Assembly (NCBI GenBank): GCA_951406725.2
Contig: OX597831.1
Span: 82,770,001-82,834,000, forward strand
From: Octopus vulgaris
Taxonomy: Eukaryota
DNA length: 64,000 bases
Direction: 5' to 3'
In this document: one piece after another, positions 1-13,914 of the stretch
Layout of the letters: every line of letters starts with the position of its first letter
Numbering within the stretch: position 1 is the first letter of the stretch
Position numbers and translations under genes: made by a program
The notes under the pieces: model-generated
The model's database searches: none
The model's input: the letters and a program-made list of their open reading frames with translations, nothing else
What the model was told of the DNA's origin: nothing

Positions 1-164
1 TTATACATCAATATACATATGCATACACAAACACACTCATACACACACACACACACACACATATATATATGTATGTACGTATGTATATGCATGCTCATGC
101 CAACATGGAAAACAGATGTTAAATGATGATGATGATGATGTTGATATACATACATATATATATA

Positions 165-372
165 TCATCATTTAACAACTGCTTTCCATGCTGGCATGGG
201 TTGGACAGTTTGACAGGAGGTGGTCAGCTGGAGAGCTGTCCAGACTCCAACAGTCTGTTTCAGTATGGTCTCTATGGCTGGATGCCCTTCCTAATGCCAA
301 CCACTTATCAGAGTGGACTGAGTGCTTTTTACATGCCACCAGCATAGATACATTTTTACATGGTACCAGCAT
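165..372 (-). mobile_element. RTE-type LINE/SINE 3' tail fragment
   Basis: Carries the recurrent motif 'catttaac..ctttccatgctggcatgggttggac...ggatgcccttcctaatgccaaccac' next to a (CAT)n tail; the same tail follows RTE coding sequence at 52258-52740. Confidence 0.7.
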
Positions 373-667
373 CTGCAAGACAAAACCCTCTCATCTGGAA
401 GGAGTCGGGGGGGGGGGCATGGACATAAAGGATATGCCTATGTGTATGGAAGACAGGGATTTCATTGAGCTTGACGTGTATTCTCAATTACAGTGAAACA
501 CCACAACTCCTGCTCCCAGCATCTGAAGATCCTTTCTCACCACTCCATCCCACGTATTCCTGCTTTCTGGGACAGGAGAGTGTGAAGATGGTGTGTGTGT
601 GTGTGCATGTGATATATATACATACACGCACATATATACATGTATATATATATACATATATATAAAA

Positions 668-701
<34 letters not shown>

Positions 702-702
<1 letters not shown>

Positions 703-838
703 GTTGGAATTTACAACAAAACAAAAGACGAAGACAGGTGTATAAACAACAAACAGCTGTATTAGTTTAATGCTCAGGAAAGTGAGAGTGTTTCATGTTT
801 CAAGCCTATGCTCTTCAACAGAAAGGAACATGAGGAAA
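702..838 (-). mobile_element. Penelope-like terminal-repeat fragment with mutated minimal hammerhead
   Basis: Reverse complement aligns with 11820-11925. Reads CTTT-CTGTTGA-A-GAGC-ATAG-GCTT-GAAA-CATG; the core is altered from CTGATGA. Confidence 0.65.
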
Positions 839-851
839 TGTATATGTGTGC

Positions 852-884
<33 letters not shown>

Positions 885-2979
885 CTGTTTAACTTTTATG
901 ATGCAATTGTAGGCAATATTTTAAATTTATATGACATATGATTACGACGTAGAATTATATTTCACCTCAAATATCTGGGTTGATCTAAATTTGCCCATAA
1001 TTTCAAGTCAAAAGGTTGTTTTTCTTATTCTATAAAGATATTATGTTAACTTTGGTATATTACTGACATAGAACAGTTAACTTCTTCTTAAGATGGTGGG
1101 AGGAGTAAAAGAAAGTTTAGATTTCACAAACTAGAGGAAGAAATTGTTCTTGTTTTATGCCAAGTCATCTCTGATAAACCATGGCTATCTGGTTCATTTT
1201 CTTTCAGACACACAGTTTTATCTACCATGTTCTTCCTTTCAAAACACAAGAAATATGTATTTTGAGGGACATTTGGCTGCTATTTATGGCAGTTCAAGCA
1301 ACCACATATTTCTTCATTGGCAAAATTGGAAATTGGCACAAACATGTTGCTGTTTGTGCCAAGTCATCACAAAATCCAAATCTTAGAAAATGAAATGAAA
1401 TTTTCCATTTCTCAAAACTACACACACACACACACACACACACGCGTATGTAGATCCACACACTGAAATACTTGAGTAAAATTGAAATTTTACTCAAAAT
1501 AAAAATTCTTAATTAATTTTTATCCAAAACTCTTTGAAACTCATTCTAACGATGTATCATGTCAGAAATATCTAAAATAAGATTAAAAAAGAAAACTAAT
1601 TTTAAAAAATGCAAACAAATAAATAAAAAAATATTTTCTCCTCTTGAAAGATAATAAAAATTTTATTTGATAAATTATTTTGAAAAAATGTTTCTAAATC
1701 AGTAAATATGTGAGATTTATGCTGAAATATCTTTATCAAGCACATGTTGTGTGTGTGTGTGTGTGTGTGTGTGTGCATACATGTAACATTACACGTATAC
1801 ATACAAGCCTACCTGTATACACACATGCATAGAAATATATGTACACACACACACACAGAGTATAGACTCTCAACGACAAAGCAACAGTATTTAATTATGT
1901 GAGAAAATATTTTGTTTAAGTTTTGCGCTCGTTAATAATTCTTGAAAAAAATTTTCTTTTCAACAGAACTCTTCAATTCTTAAGATGGACTTTTGACATC
2001 CCCACCAGCATCACCGTCCACCGTTTACATGTAAGAGGTATATACCTGCATATAAAAACAGTATAAAATATTAAACTTTCATATTTTAATACTTTTTAAA
2101 TTGTATTTTCTGTTTGAATCTGCCATCTTCTTCTCTTTGGTATTTCTCATGTTTTCAAGTATTTCATAGATGATTCGTTGATGTCATCCAAATACATTTA
2201 GCAATCAATTCTTTTCCATTGGAGTTTTTTGACACATGAAAAAAGGAGGAAGTCTTATCACATGTTTTTGATGGCACTGAAGTGAGTTGTCAGTGAGTCC
2301 AAGCAGAAAAGCTTTTTGTGGGCTAAATGACCAGATTTTTAATGTTTAAAACTGGGTCGATAGAGAAATACCTGTTACAGATTCTTGTGTTGACAATCCA
2401 ATGCTAAAACCTCCAAGAGTTCTCAGAAATCTGCTATAGACTGAATTTTAGATGTGGTTTTATGGCATCAATCAGAACATTCTCTGCCGCCCCCCCTCCC
2501 ACCATCGCCACAGCTACTCAATAAAGATCTGGGACCAATTATTGACAGCTGAAGAATTCAATGTACTTTAACAGCAACATAATTCCATGTTAACATTGAG
2601 CCAGAACAGAAGAACCAGTGTTCCAGAGCTGCTGCTGCTCCATCAGCATACCACTCTTTGATGATTCCTTTCTCCTCTTCTAACCAGGAAAGCAGCAATT
2701 GTGAATGATTTGTAGGGTGGAAACAAGAACTAAAGAACATTGTTCTGTCAGTGAATTCTTTTCAACTATTGTTCAATGAGAGTCAACAGTGAAGTGGCAC
2801 AGATCAGAGAATGTGTAAGCGGTACACACAGTGTGTGTGTGTGTGTGTGTGTTGCACTGCAGTAAAAGTGGAACAGTTCAGAGAAAGTGTGGCAAGGCAG
2901 AAAACAAGCACTGCAGGAAAAGTGCAAGTTTTATTTTAAACACTTCAAGAAACTTCTCAACAAACACAACATTAACCCA

Positions 2980-3018
<39 letters not shown>

Positions 3019-3277
3019 GCAAAAAATCTCCGTCAGTTTTAACGATGATTATTGTAGTTCTACCTTCAATTGAACCAGATTACTTGTTAAGTTTACATGG
3101 CTGAGTATAGCGCAGACATATAATCTGAATGTAACTGTCAGGTAGAATCAGTGTAATAAGGTTGAACCCAGCTGAGGGGATTCAGTACAGTTTCCATCTG
3201 ACTCCAGCTAAAGTAAGAGACACTTGGGACTGAACCCTAGAACTCATGATTAGAAAGTGAACATCATAATCATTCAG

Positions 3278-3311
<34 letters not shown>

Positions 3312-5888
3312 TTGAGAACTCAGTGAAAATCGAAATATTTGAGGAAGAATTTATAAAGCTTTTTTTGGAACCAAATATGAAGCAAAAGAAGAAACCAGTT
3401 TTGGTCAGTGACCCAATAAAAAGAAGGAACGGATTCAACAGAATGGAATAGTTGTTTTAGCGACCCATTAATCTAAAAACTCCCCCAACATCCATAAGAT
3501 GTGATGTTCTAGTTTAGGGCCTGATACCTAACAGGGGGTGTAAAATGAAGCATGTATATCTGCTTGGGGTAATGGCATAAACCACATGCAAGATATACAT
3601 GTCGACCCTTGGATGATACCACACACAAATGCAGGTAATAACACTCTCAGATGATCTGCAGATACCTGTTGTAGAAGAAACCAATAAGAACACAACTGGT
3701 GCCTTGGAGCAGCGACAGAGGCACTGGCACCAATACGTCCATTACATTAAGAACAGGTGAAGAGTTGTTTTAAAGACAAAAGACAGGAAACATTGGCTAA
3801 AATAGTCCCAGGTACACTATGTCTGATTAGGAATAGTTTGGTGACTGTTATACTGCCTCTGACCCTAGGGCTACTGGATAAGGGCTGACCTGGGATATGT
3901 TATTCATGTTACCTCCCTGGCATAACTTACTGCCTCCCCACAAGATGAAGGTCAACTGCTAATTGTAACACAGCAGGCCACATTAACAGCTGTTGACTTA
4001 TAGGAGAGGAAGGAGAAAAACTGAATCAACAAAATCTAAAACTGATTGTGGTTTGTTAATGCCATTATAATTGCTAAACTGAATTAATTCATGTTAATTA
4101 GGCATGTAATGTAGGTGTAAATGGTAAAGTGTAAAAAACAGGATCAGTTCTATTGTGGTATTGAGCTGATTTAGTGTTCTGGGCTCAAACCTAAACAAGA
4201 CCCAATAATCCCAGATTAAATGAAAAGCAGCGACCTTCAAGTACCAAGGGCTGGAGAACCCCATTGCTTTACAAATCTGGGCCTGGGCTTGCAATGAAAG
4301 TTAATCAGTAAAAATTGTGATGTCTGTAGCTGAGTCTCAGTTACTGATTGAAACTTCATCTGGTTTAATGGTGCCATGAAAAAAAAAAAATGGGGAAGAA
4401 TTTGTTTTCCACTTTTCTTTGACTTTGTCTTCAATAAAATCCATTAACAAAACTGTGTTAGATGTCAGTCAAAAGACACTTCCAGTAGAAAGTGTGACAC
4501 TGATTAGAAAGGATAACAGCCACATAATCACATCCCTTTTCTCTTGATCATGTAACAGTTCTGTATTGATAAAATAACCAAACATTCCTTTATTTTGAGT
4601 CTTCATATTGTAAATCTTTCATTAGGAACAGTTCAATTAGTGTCCTTAACAACCTCCAATACACGGATTTCAAAACATAACCCACAAGATTTTTAATTTC
4701 AGGTCAGCAACCAGCCCAATTAAAAGGGGCAGTGCATTATTTCAGCCCTAATTTATCTCTGGTCCACCTTCATTACCACTTTGAGAACAGTATATTGTTC
4801 ACACTGTGTAATTAAGGAGTTCAATGTTGGAGCAGAGTACCTGGGGCAAGAGTTCTCTCCCACAAGTTCTGGTTGGTTTTTGTCAAAGTTATTTGCAAAA
4901 TGGAAAATATGTAGAACTTTATTGTGTGTGTATGTGCTAGTGTATTTTTCATCACTGTATCTTGGCAAAAGATGTGAACATCAGCAAGAACACTTTGCCA
5001 CAAAAAAATATGCTTTGCAAAGTCCCTTGAGATATTTGTTTTGTACCAAGTCACAAATACTCCTTTATGACTCTCACAGTGATCCAGTAAATGATTATTT
5101 GGGAACCTGTATACCATTCAGTCCCAACTTCAGTAATTGTAATATAAAAATACATTCCTAGAGATTGAAAAGAGTTGGACTTTGTTTCACCCTAGGCTAG
5201 TACTGGTTAGGATGGACTCTAATCAAATGAATTCAAGCAAGACCAATTTCATTTATTTAGAGATATATACAAACTACATTAATTAATGAATCCTTCTTGT
5301 GTTGAAAATGGTGGGGTGTGATTTGCTGCTATTTCTAGCACGCCAATTGAGAGAATGAGTATGTGTGTTTCGTCACATAAAATGATCACATTTAAATTAT
5401 AAATCCATTTAATTTGGAAAAATCATTTTAAAGATTCACTTTATACTTCAACCAATGCCAGAGAACCTCTGCATAACATTCTGAAGAATAACAAAGGAAG
5501 AACATTATTTAAAAAGAGAAAGAAAGAAAAAAAACCATTGAAGTCAGGAAAATAACTAAACAGGATTCCTCATTTAACATTTTCTGTGATTTAAAAGAAA
5601 AATTCCTCTAATTTATTAATATTGTCTTTTACAAATTAGAATTTCTCCCCGAGGAACTAAAAATATTTCAGTTGTTCTCCTCATCATAGTTTCTATACTC
5701 TCTTTTACTCTTGGTTTACATTTATTGTACTCCTGCCAACAACAAATCACCTCTCACTTGAGAGCCTGCCAAGCTTTTGCTATTTTCCAGCAGACTCGCA
5801 ATTATGGTGGGTGGATGGGGAGGGGGAAGGGTTTGTGCATTAATTTACATACATATGTACTAATTAATTTATATAAACACATACATTC

Positions 5889-5936
<48 letters not shown>

Positions 5937-7161
5937 CACAGGAATAGGTGCATTAATTTAATTTATATGCATGAGTTCATGTATATATATATATATATAT
6001 ATATGCATGTGTGTACTTACATTGATTTATATACCCAAGTGCATGTGTATTTTATATAAATACACACACACACCACAGATACATTGGTGAATAAACTTTC
6101 ATATATGCCAGAATTTATCTCTGTCTATTTATGTGTACGTCTCTTTTTAACATCTCTTTGTTTGTTTCTTTTCTAATTTGAAATAAAAGCCTGTTTCTGC
6201 ATCTCTTGGTGCTGTCCCTTAGAAACAATCCTCCACCCCTGTCTAGTTTTACCAGCCCTAAATGCCTGCCTAGTAGCTGCCTCACCAATTCCCTTGCATT
6301 TAAGGACATACTCCACGGACCATGGTTTTCTCTAAATCAAAATTGAAGATTGAAAGATTGTCTTTGAATGGAGGAAGGAATAAATTAAAGAACCAACAAC
6401 TAACTGCTAAATCAACCTCAGGATATTACTGGTATTGATTTATGCTGAAACAAACAACAATGAGCATAAATGTTTTAATTTACAACACTGACAATCTTTT
6501 GCATCACTCACCTCTTGCAAAGGTCCGATGGCTCTAGGGAACCAGAAGTCACCCACAAACACAACAGAGTTGTTGAGGGATCACAAGGAAGGAATTTGTA
6601 TGAAGTGGGATTAGGGTCAGTATATGAAGTGTGATAAGGGTTGGGCTGGCTGAGAGAAAGAGGGACTTTTTTATGTTGTATGAAGGCTGGAAAGAAATGA
6701 GGTTTCTGCTGTTGGATGTATAATGTTGATGTGGATGAACCGAGCCAAGAGGAAACCAGTGACTAAGGGGAATTAGTGTCAATGGGAAGGTCACACAGGT
6801 TGAGGCAGATGAGCTGTATATGGAAGGTAAGGATATGTTTAACAATATAAATGGCAGGGATGTGTAGAAGAGGGAGGACGAGAAATGGCACGGAGAACAA
6901 GTAGGGATGGCAGGGATGGCTGGGCTGATGTTATAAGAGAGATGAGATGAGGTTTGTTTCACTGGTGTACAAGCGAAAACCATGTGTGGGGTTGTGATAG
7001 TGATGAGGGTGGTGGTAGTGGTGGTAGTAGTAGAGGTCACTGAATATGTAGAAGAGGGGAAGGAGGAGGGAGCAATATGAAGACAGAAATGTTGGGCAAT
7101 AGATAGATTAATAGAAAGCTAAGTCAAAACTGCTATGGTGTGGGTGGGAGGGTAATAATAA

Positions 7162-7491
7162 TAAGAAGAAGAAGAGGAAGGAGGAGGAGGAGGAGGAGGA
7201 GAAGAAGAAGAAGAAGAGGAAGGAGGAGGAGGAGGAGGAGAAGAAGAAGAAGAAGAGGAAGGAGGAGGAGGAGTAGGAGAGGGTGGAGGAGGAGGAGGAG
7301 GAGAAGAAGAAGAAGAGGGAGGAGGAGGAGGAGGAGGAGGAGAAGAAGAAGGAGAAGAAGAAGAAGAAGGAGGAGGAGGAGGAGAAGAAGAAGGAGGAGG
7401 AGGAGGAGAAGAAGGAGAAGAAGAAGAAGAAGAAGAAGGAGGAGGAGGAGAAGAAGAAGAAGGAGGAGGAGGAGAAGAAGAAGAAGAAGAG
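7162..7491. repeat. ~330-bp (GAA/GGA)n polypurine tract
   Basis: Almost pure A/G triplets. Explains the poly-R, poly-E/K and poly-F/S ORFs here. Confidence 0.95.
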
Positions 7492-8867
7492 CAAAAAATG
7501 AGAAAGTAATAAAATCTTGAGGCTTTGGAGAGAAAATGAAGCCTAAGAATATGGTAGCAGCAGAGAATGTTGTAAAGAATTTCTACATGTTAGTAGCGAA
7601 AGCAATAAAGAAGGAGAAAAAAGGAGACCGAGTGTGTGTGTGTGTGTGTGTTTGTGTGTGGTTGGGGTATTAGTGAGACATAAACATAAGTATTTTATCA
7701 TAAAAGTTTTGATAATATTTCTGGAGAATTGGGTGAAGAATGTGGTGTGTGTTACATCAGTAATAACAATTAGTATGATGATGATGATGATGATGATGAT
7801 GGTAGTAGTGGTGGTTGTGCAAGTGGTATTGTTGTTGCTGTTGTTGGTGGTGAAGTTGTTGTGATGGTGTAGTAGTAGTAGTAGTAGTAGTAGTATTTGT
7901 ACTGGTGTTTATTGTATTTTCAAAGGTGGTGGCAGGGGTATTGGTGTGAGTAGTGGTGGTGGTGGTCGCAGCGTGTTCAGCAGCAACAGCTGCACTGATT
8001 GCACAGTGTGCAGTTGTTTCTGTAATTGCAGGTGAAGTGGTTGTGCAATGTTGACTTATTTTGGATTGACCTGAGAATGGAATATGTAATTTAGTTAATT
8101 GAGAGGTTGGGAGGGGAGGAAAGGTTGATAAATGATGATGATGATGATGATGATAATAAATCAGGCAAGAAATTGTGAAAAAATGCACTAAAAAAGCTAC
8201 CAAGAAAAACTGTAAAGAAAGCAAAATAAGTAAGCTGGGTGGGTGGGGTGGGTGTGGAGCAGTGACTTGTGAGAAAGTCTCAAAGACTGAATGATTATAT
8301 TGGTAATTAGAAAGAATAATTGCATGGAAGAGTTCCAGCAGCAAAGAAACAGATTTCTCATCAAGTAATATTAACTGGGGACGGGGGAGGGGTAACTCCC
8401 CCCTGCACCCCACCCACCAATAGTCATGACTTCATTATTGGCTATGGATTAACAGATAATCAAGGATGAAGTTCTTTTGTCTCTTCTGTACCAAAGTCAG
8501 GAGGTAACAACAACAACAAAATAATCACAAGTAAACAGATTGATGTCAGAGGTGTAGGTCATTAAATGGACTGGCTGACCATTGAATATATGAGCCATTG
8601 CCTAACCAGCAGCCTCCTAGCTGTAAACTAGGTATCACTAGATAGTTGTTTAATCTCTTCACAACCAAACTTGTATTTCCTAGCCCTAAATCCTTACTGA
8701 CATCAAAGCAGGGGCCATATGCAATATGTTGTGAATTCCCCTGGTTTTGTGTTGTGCCTTCAATAATAATAATCCGGTAAATCTGTGCTGTCGATGAGGT
8801 TTCATTTCTCAGTCGAAACCTGTTCACTTAGTCCTTTCTTCAGAACTTTCTCCCTGATTAATACATC

Positions 8868-8995
8868 TACGGATTCCATGGACAGTGGGGCTCACCAATG
8901 GAGAAGTTCTTAAGCAGATCAGGCCAAAAATGTCGCTAGAAGCTAGGATCACCAAGCATAGATTGGCATATTTCGGTCATATTATGCGGAGAAAA
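8868..8995 (+). mobile_element. RTE LINE C-terminal fragment
   Basis: Translates TNGEVLKQIRPKMSLEARITKHRLAYFGHIMRR, matching the RTE 'L.YFGH..RR' motif. Confidence 0.75.
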
Positions 8996-9230
8996 TCCAC
9001 TAGATGTCTTCTCCACCAGATGTCACTTTCACTAGGTGACCCCTCCACCAGATGTCACCTCCAACAAATTTCCCCTTCACCAGATCTCTCTCCCACTAGA
9101 TGGTCCCTCTACCAGATTTCCCCACCACCACATGGCCCCTCCACCAAATGTCCCCTCCATCAGATGACTCCTCTATCAAATGACCCCTCTACCAGATGAC
9201 CCCTTCACTAGATGACCCCTCCACCAGATG
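8996..9230. repeat. Minisatellite with ~15-16 bp unit (ccaccagatgacccct)
   Basis: More than a dozen degenerate tandem copies are visible. Confidence 0.85.
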
Positions 9231-10264
9231 GCTTCTGAATACAGTCCGACTGACAATCCAGTTTATTCACAGCTGTAAAGCTGTAAAGTATTTTCCGTTC
9301 TTAGATTAAATTTCAAAAAAGTAAATATAAATAATAAATGGATAAAGGTAATAGAAATATAAATAAAGGTAATAGAAATATAAATAAAATAATAACTAAA
9401 TAATGGTAAATCTTAAGCAAAATTGAACATTGTATTTGGTGGATGCATCCAGACATTAGAGAACTTTTGAATCCGACATAGAATGGCTTTTAATTAATAC
9501 CTCAACTTTGCCATTTTAATCTATTGTGTCTGAGTTTACAATTTATACACACACACACACACAAAACATAATATAAAACAATTTTATGCATGTGTGTGTA
9601 TGCATATATGTGTATATATAAAATAAATTATATATATATATATGCATATATGTATATATATATATATGTATATATATATACATATATGTATACACACACA
9701 CACACGTACATATATATACATATATACACATGTACATATATATATATATATATGTATGTACGCACACGCATGCACACAAACACAGAGTAAAAGTGTGTTT
9801 GATGCATGTTTGTGGTGATAAGCTCCTCACTAACGCTTGCACTATTTCAGCAATCTCTCTTCCTGTTAGGTTTGCTAATAATACAATTGCTATTAAGAGG
9901 AGTTCTCCCTCATATTACATTAGCGAGCACATCCTAAGCACCACCCCCCCCTGCCTGCTGGACCACCCGACTCACAGTAATACTTCACATCATAACACAT
10001 CCTGTTCTATCTTTGGATGCTTCTTGCTCCACGGAAACCATTCCTATATTTAACTACCGACAGTCTTTCAACAGTGTTTCAACTACCAACAGTCAATCAC
10101 TGATAGTTCAAAGACAAAAGATCAATAAATATGATTCTATTTCAATGGCCCACTGACCAATGGTTTAAATACATCAAAATGGAAAAAGAGTAGAAGAAAA
10201 AAAAACAACAGAAAATGGACTTGCAACATAACATTTATACATTTTCCACAAAATACTATTTTAT

Positions 10265-10650
10265 CTTTTATTTGCTGCAGTCTTTAGACTGGCCATGCTG
10301 GAGCACCGCCTGAAGAATTATAGTCAGATGAACTGAGCCAAGGACTTACCATTTCTTTAAGCCCAGTGTTTATGCTGTTGGTTTCTTTTGCCAAACTCAT
10401 AAGTTACAGAGACATGGACACACCGACACCACTGGTCAAGCAGAGGGGGGGGGGACGACAAACACACACACACACACACACACATCTATATATATGACAC
10501 GCTTCTTTTAATTTCCATCCACTCACAAAGCTTTGGTTGGCCTGAGATTATACTAGAAGACACTTGCCCAAGGTGTCACACAGTGGGACTGAACCTGGAA
10601 CCATGTGGTTGGGAAGTGACAGCTTCTTACCACACAGCCATGCCTGTACC
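10265..10650 (-). mobile_element. tRNA-derived CORE-like SINE
   Basis: Reverse-complement copy of the 11211-11597 family (cacttgcccaaggtg, gggactgaacc, catgctggagcaccgcc). Confidence 0.85.
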
Positions 10651-10662
10651 TATAACATGATA

Positions 10663-11698
10663 TCTCTATATATATAAAACTGAGAATGTGTGTGTGTCTG
10701 TCTGTCTGTGTGTTTCCCTAAAACTTGAGAACTACACAACCAATTTCATTCAAATTTTACACATGCCTTACTTAGGGTCCATGTAGTTTCATGGGCGAAA
10801 AAAGTTCAACTTCTTGCCTAGGGCGAGCCCATAGCAATATCATATCTTCTCCACTATTTCAGTATTACGTGTTAAAAGTGAAACAAAAACATTTCTCTAT
10901 TTTATGTCAGATGCTTTCACTTTAACAATAAAAATAATAATAACAATTGAATTATATGTAGTAAGTAATAATTAAAATCAAACTAAAGTATAATATAATC
11001 GTAACATAACAAAAGTAAAAATAGCAATTGGTATAAAATTGCATCAATGACATGAACTTGAATAAGTGGTTTCACATGAATGGGAATAAATTAAAAATAA
11101 AATTAGTGTGCAGAAATGGAATAGTCCTACAATTCCAGTCTGATATATATTTTCAGTATTGTTATCACTAGCGATATCAAGATATAACTTTGTATTTTGT
11201 ATTCTATGTGTAGGCGCAGGAGTGGCTGTGTGGTAAGTACCAACCACACGGTCCCGGGTTCAGTCCCACTGTGTGGCACCTTGGGCAAGTGTCTTCTACT
11301 ATAGCCTTGGGCCAACCAAAGCCTTGTGAGTGGATTTGGTAGATGGAAACTGAAAGAAGCCCATCGTATATATGTATATATATATGCGTGTGTCTGTGTT
11401 TGTCCCCCTAGCATTGCTTGACAACCGATGCTGGTGTGTTTATGTCCCCGTTACTTAGCGGTTCGACAAAAGAGACCGATAGAATAAGTACTGGGCTTAC
11501 AAAAGAATAAGTCCCAGGGTCAAGTTGCTCGATTAAAGGCGGTGCTCCAGCATGGCCGCAGTCAAATGACTGAAACAAGTAAAAGAGTAAAAGAGTAATG
11601 TATATACATATAGATGTACATGTAATATGTACACATATATATACACATATATACATGCACTAGCACTATGACCCGGCAAAGACGGGTCATAATGCTAG
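10663..11698 (+). mobile_element. Non-autonomous Helitron with a nested SINE
   Basis: A|TC 5' end (tctctatatatataaaac followed by gtctgtctgtct), 3' GC-rich hairpin GACCCG-gcaaaga-CGGGTC, then CTAG|T. Inserted between A and T with no target-site duplication. Confidence 0.7.
11211..11597 (+). mobile_element. tRNA-derived CORE-like SINE
   Basis: A-box-like gtggctgtgtgg, B-box-like gggttcagtccc, 'ccttgggcaagt' core, internal (TA/TG)n and a (gtaaaaga)n tail. Near-identical copy at 21580-21953. Confidence 0.9.
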
Positions 11699-11833
11699 TA
11701 CTATTATATTACATTTTATATGTGTGTGTGTAAACACACACACACACACACACATATATATACATATACATAATTAACATAGCCATATGCAGACCACTTT
11801 TTTTATTCTCTCTCTGTTTATTTTCTCATGTTC

Positions 11834-11869
11834 CTTTCTGATGAAGAGCATAGGCTTGAAACGTAAAAG
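11834..11869 (+). ncRNA. Minimal type I hammerhead ribozyme (Penelope-associated style)
   Basis: CTTT | CTGATGA | A | GAGC-ATAG-GCTT | GAAA | CG | TA | AAAG: intact core, stems I and II, palindromic ACGT stem III, predicted GUA cleavage after 11865. Confidence 0.7.
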
Positions 11870-11927
11870 ACTTTCTCACCTTCCCTAGCATCAGACTAAG
11901 ACACCTGCTTGTTGTTTATACACCTCT

Positions 11928-12905
11928 AGTGGGTGCTTTTATGTGCCACCGGCACGAGGGCCAGTCAGGCGGTACTGGCAACAGCACACTCAACGACCTC
12001 GCTCGGATGTCTTTTCACATGCCACCAGCACAAGTGCCAGTAAGGCAACGCAGGTAGCAATCAGGCTTGAATGGTGCTTTTTACGTGCCACCGGCACAGA
12101 AGCAACTTTGTTGCTCTGGCAACGATCACACTTGGAGTGTGCTCTTAGCGCTCCACTAGCACGGATGCCAGTCATTGAATTTGATTTCAATTTCGATCTC
12201 ACTTGCCTCAACAGGTCTTCGCAAGCAGAGTTTAGTGTCCAATGAAGGAACGGTACACATAAGAGGGCTGGTTACACCCTTGGCATAGGCCACGAGATTA
12301 TGGTCTCACTTGGCTTGCCAAGTCTTCTCAAGCACAGCATATTTCCAAAGGTCCTGGTCACTAGTCATTGCCTCAGTTCGAAAGTAATGCTTAACCACCT
12401 CACCCCAGGTCTTCCTGGGTCTACCTCTTCCACAGGTTCCCTCAACCACTAGGGTGTGGCACATTTTCACACAGCTATCCACATCAATTCTCACCACAGG
12501 ACCATACCAGCACAGTCGTCTCTCTTGCATACCACATCTGATGCTTCTTAGGTCCAACTTTTCTCTCAAGGTACACTTTGTCGAGTATGCACTCCTTGCG
12601 AGCTTACGCATATCCTCAGCAGTCACGGCTCATGTTTCACTGCCATGTAGCATGGCGGTTCGTACACATGCGTTATACAGTCTACCTTTTACTCTGAGCG
12701 AGAGGCCCTTTGTCACCAGCAGAGGTAAGAGCTCTCTGAAGTTTGTCCAGGCTATTCTTATTCTAGCAGCTCCACTTCCAGAACATCTACTTCAGCTACT
12801 GACTTGGTCACCTAGGTAACGGAAGCTGTCAACTACTTCTAGTTTTTCTCCCTGGAATGTGACGGAAATTGTTCTCTGCACATTTTCAGTGTTTATTGAT
12901 CCTGA
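11928..12905 (-). mobile_element. RTE LINE 3' fragment with tandemly repeated 3'UTR
   Basis: Minus-strand translation gives MLHGSET, LREKLDLRSIRCGMQERRLCWYG and GTCGRGRPRKTW. The 3'UTR has repeated 'gtgcttttacgtgccaccggcac' units. Confidence 0.85.
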
Positions 12906-13320
12906 GAGGAGCTTTAAGTGTTTTCACTCAATAAACACTCACAATGCCCAGTCTGGAAACTGAAACCATGATCCCGTGACCGTGAACCCACTGCCCTAAT
13001 CACTGGGCCATTGCAACTCCTATATATTTGCATGTAAGCATGTGACCTAGGGTGTTGCACTCATGACTGCTAGATTGTGGGTTTGATTCCTGAAATGGTC
13101 AATGACTTGTGAATGGATTTCGTAGACGGAAACTGTATGGGCTCTCATAGTCAATTTAACTGACTAAGCCCTTCATAGAGGTGTGCCCCAGCAAAGCCAC
13201 AGTGGTGTGTAAAATTCTGAGTGTGTGTAACATAAGCAGTGAAACATATACATATATATGAGGAAATATCTTCAGAATAAATATTTAGCCTTTGCTTAGC
13301 CCATCACTGGAGAGAGAGGG

Positions 13321-13375
<55 letters not shown>

Positions 13376-13513
13376 GAAGAGATGTTGGAAATATTTTCTT
13401 ATTGCCAAATCCAGATTTGTAAGTTTACAAGACAAATTACAATAAAATTCATCGTAACATTTATAATTTTCATCATGACTTTCACTATCAACTTAATAAT
13501 AATAATAATAATA

Positions 13514-13569
<56 letters not shown>

Positions 13570-13882
13570 TAATAATAATAATAATAATAATAAATTCAGA
13601 CAAAAGTTTCCAAAATTAAAGAGAAAACTATTTGGCAGTACCATTCTTGTAATTCTAAAAACATTTGATTGATGCAACATAATGGAATATTGTAAAGAGA
13701 CTATAATTCTATAGAAGGACATTTCACACACACACACACACACGCACACACACACACCTTACAATCTCTATGACAAACTAAATACTCAACCTCATTCCAA
13801 CCTATTTTCTAAAGAACAATAATCTTCTATTTTATACAATGTCATTGCAACTCTTTTATTATTTTCACCATTTTCTCCCCTC

Positions 13883-13914
<32 letters not shown>

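Noticed and set aside
2180-2200. Minus-strand YLDD, an RT-like motif
   Set aside because: Isolated tetrapeptide flanked by stops, with no other RT motifs nearby.
7108-7520. Long poly-R, poly-E/K and poly-F/S ORFs
   Set aside because: Pure translation of a (GAA/GGA)n tract. The same applies to the many CV, HT, YI and poly-N ORFs.
9830-10050. Faint similarity to a Penelope GIY-YIG region (also 6600-6990 minus and 32500-32700)
   Set aside because: Too decayed to call by eye; needs a profile search.
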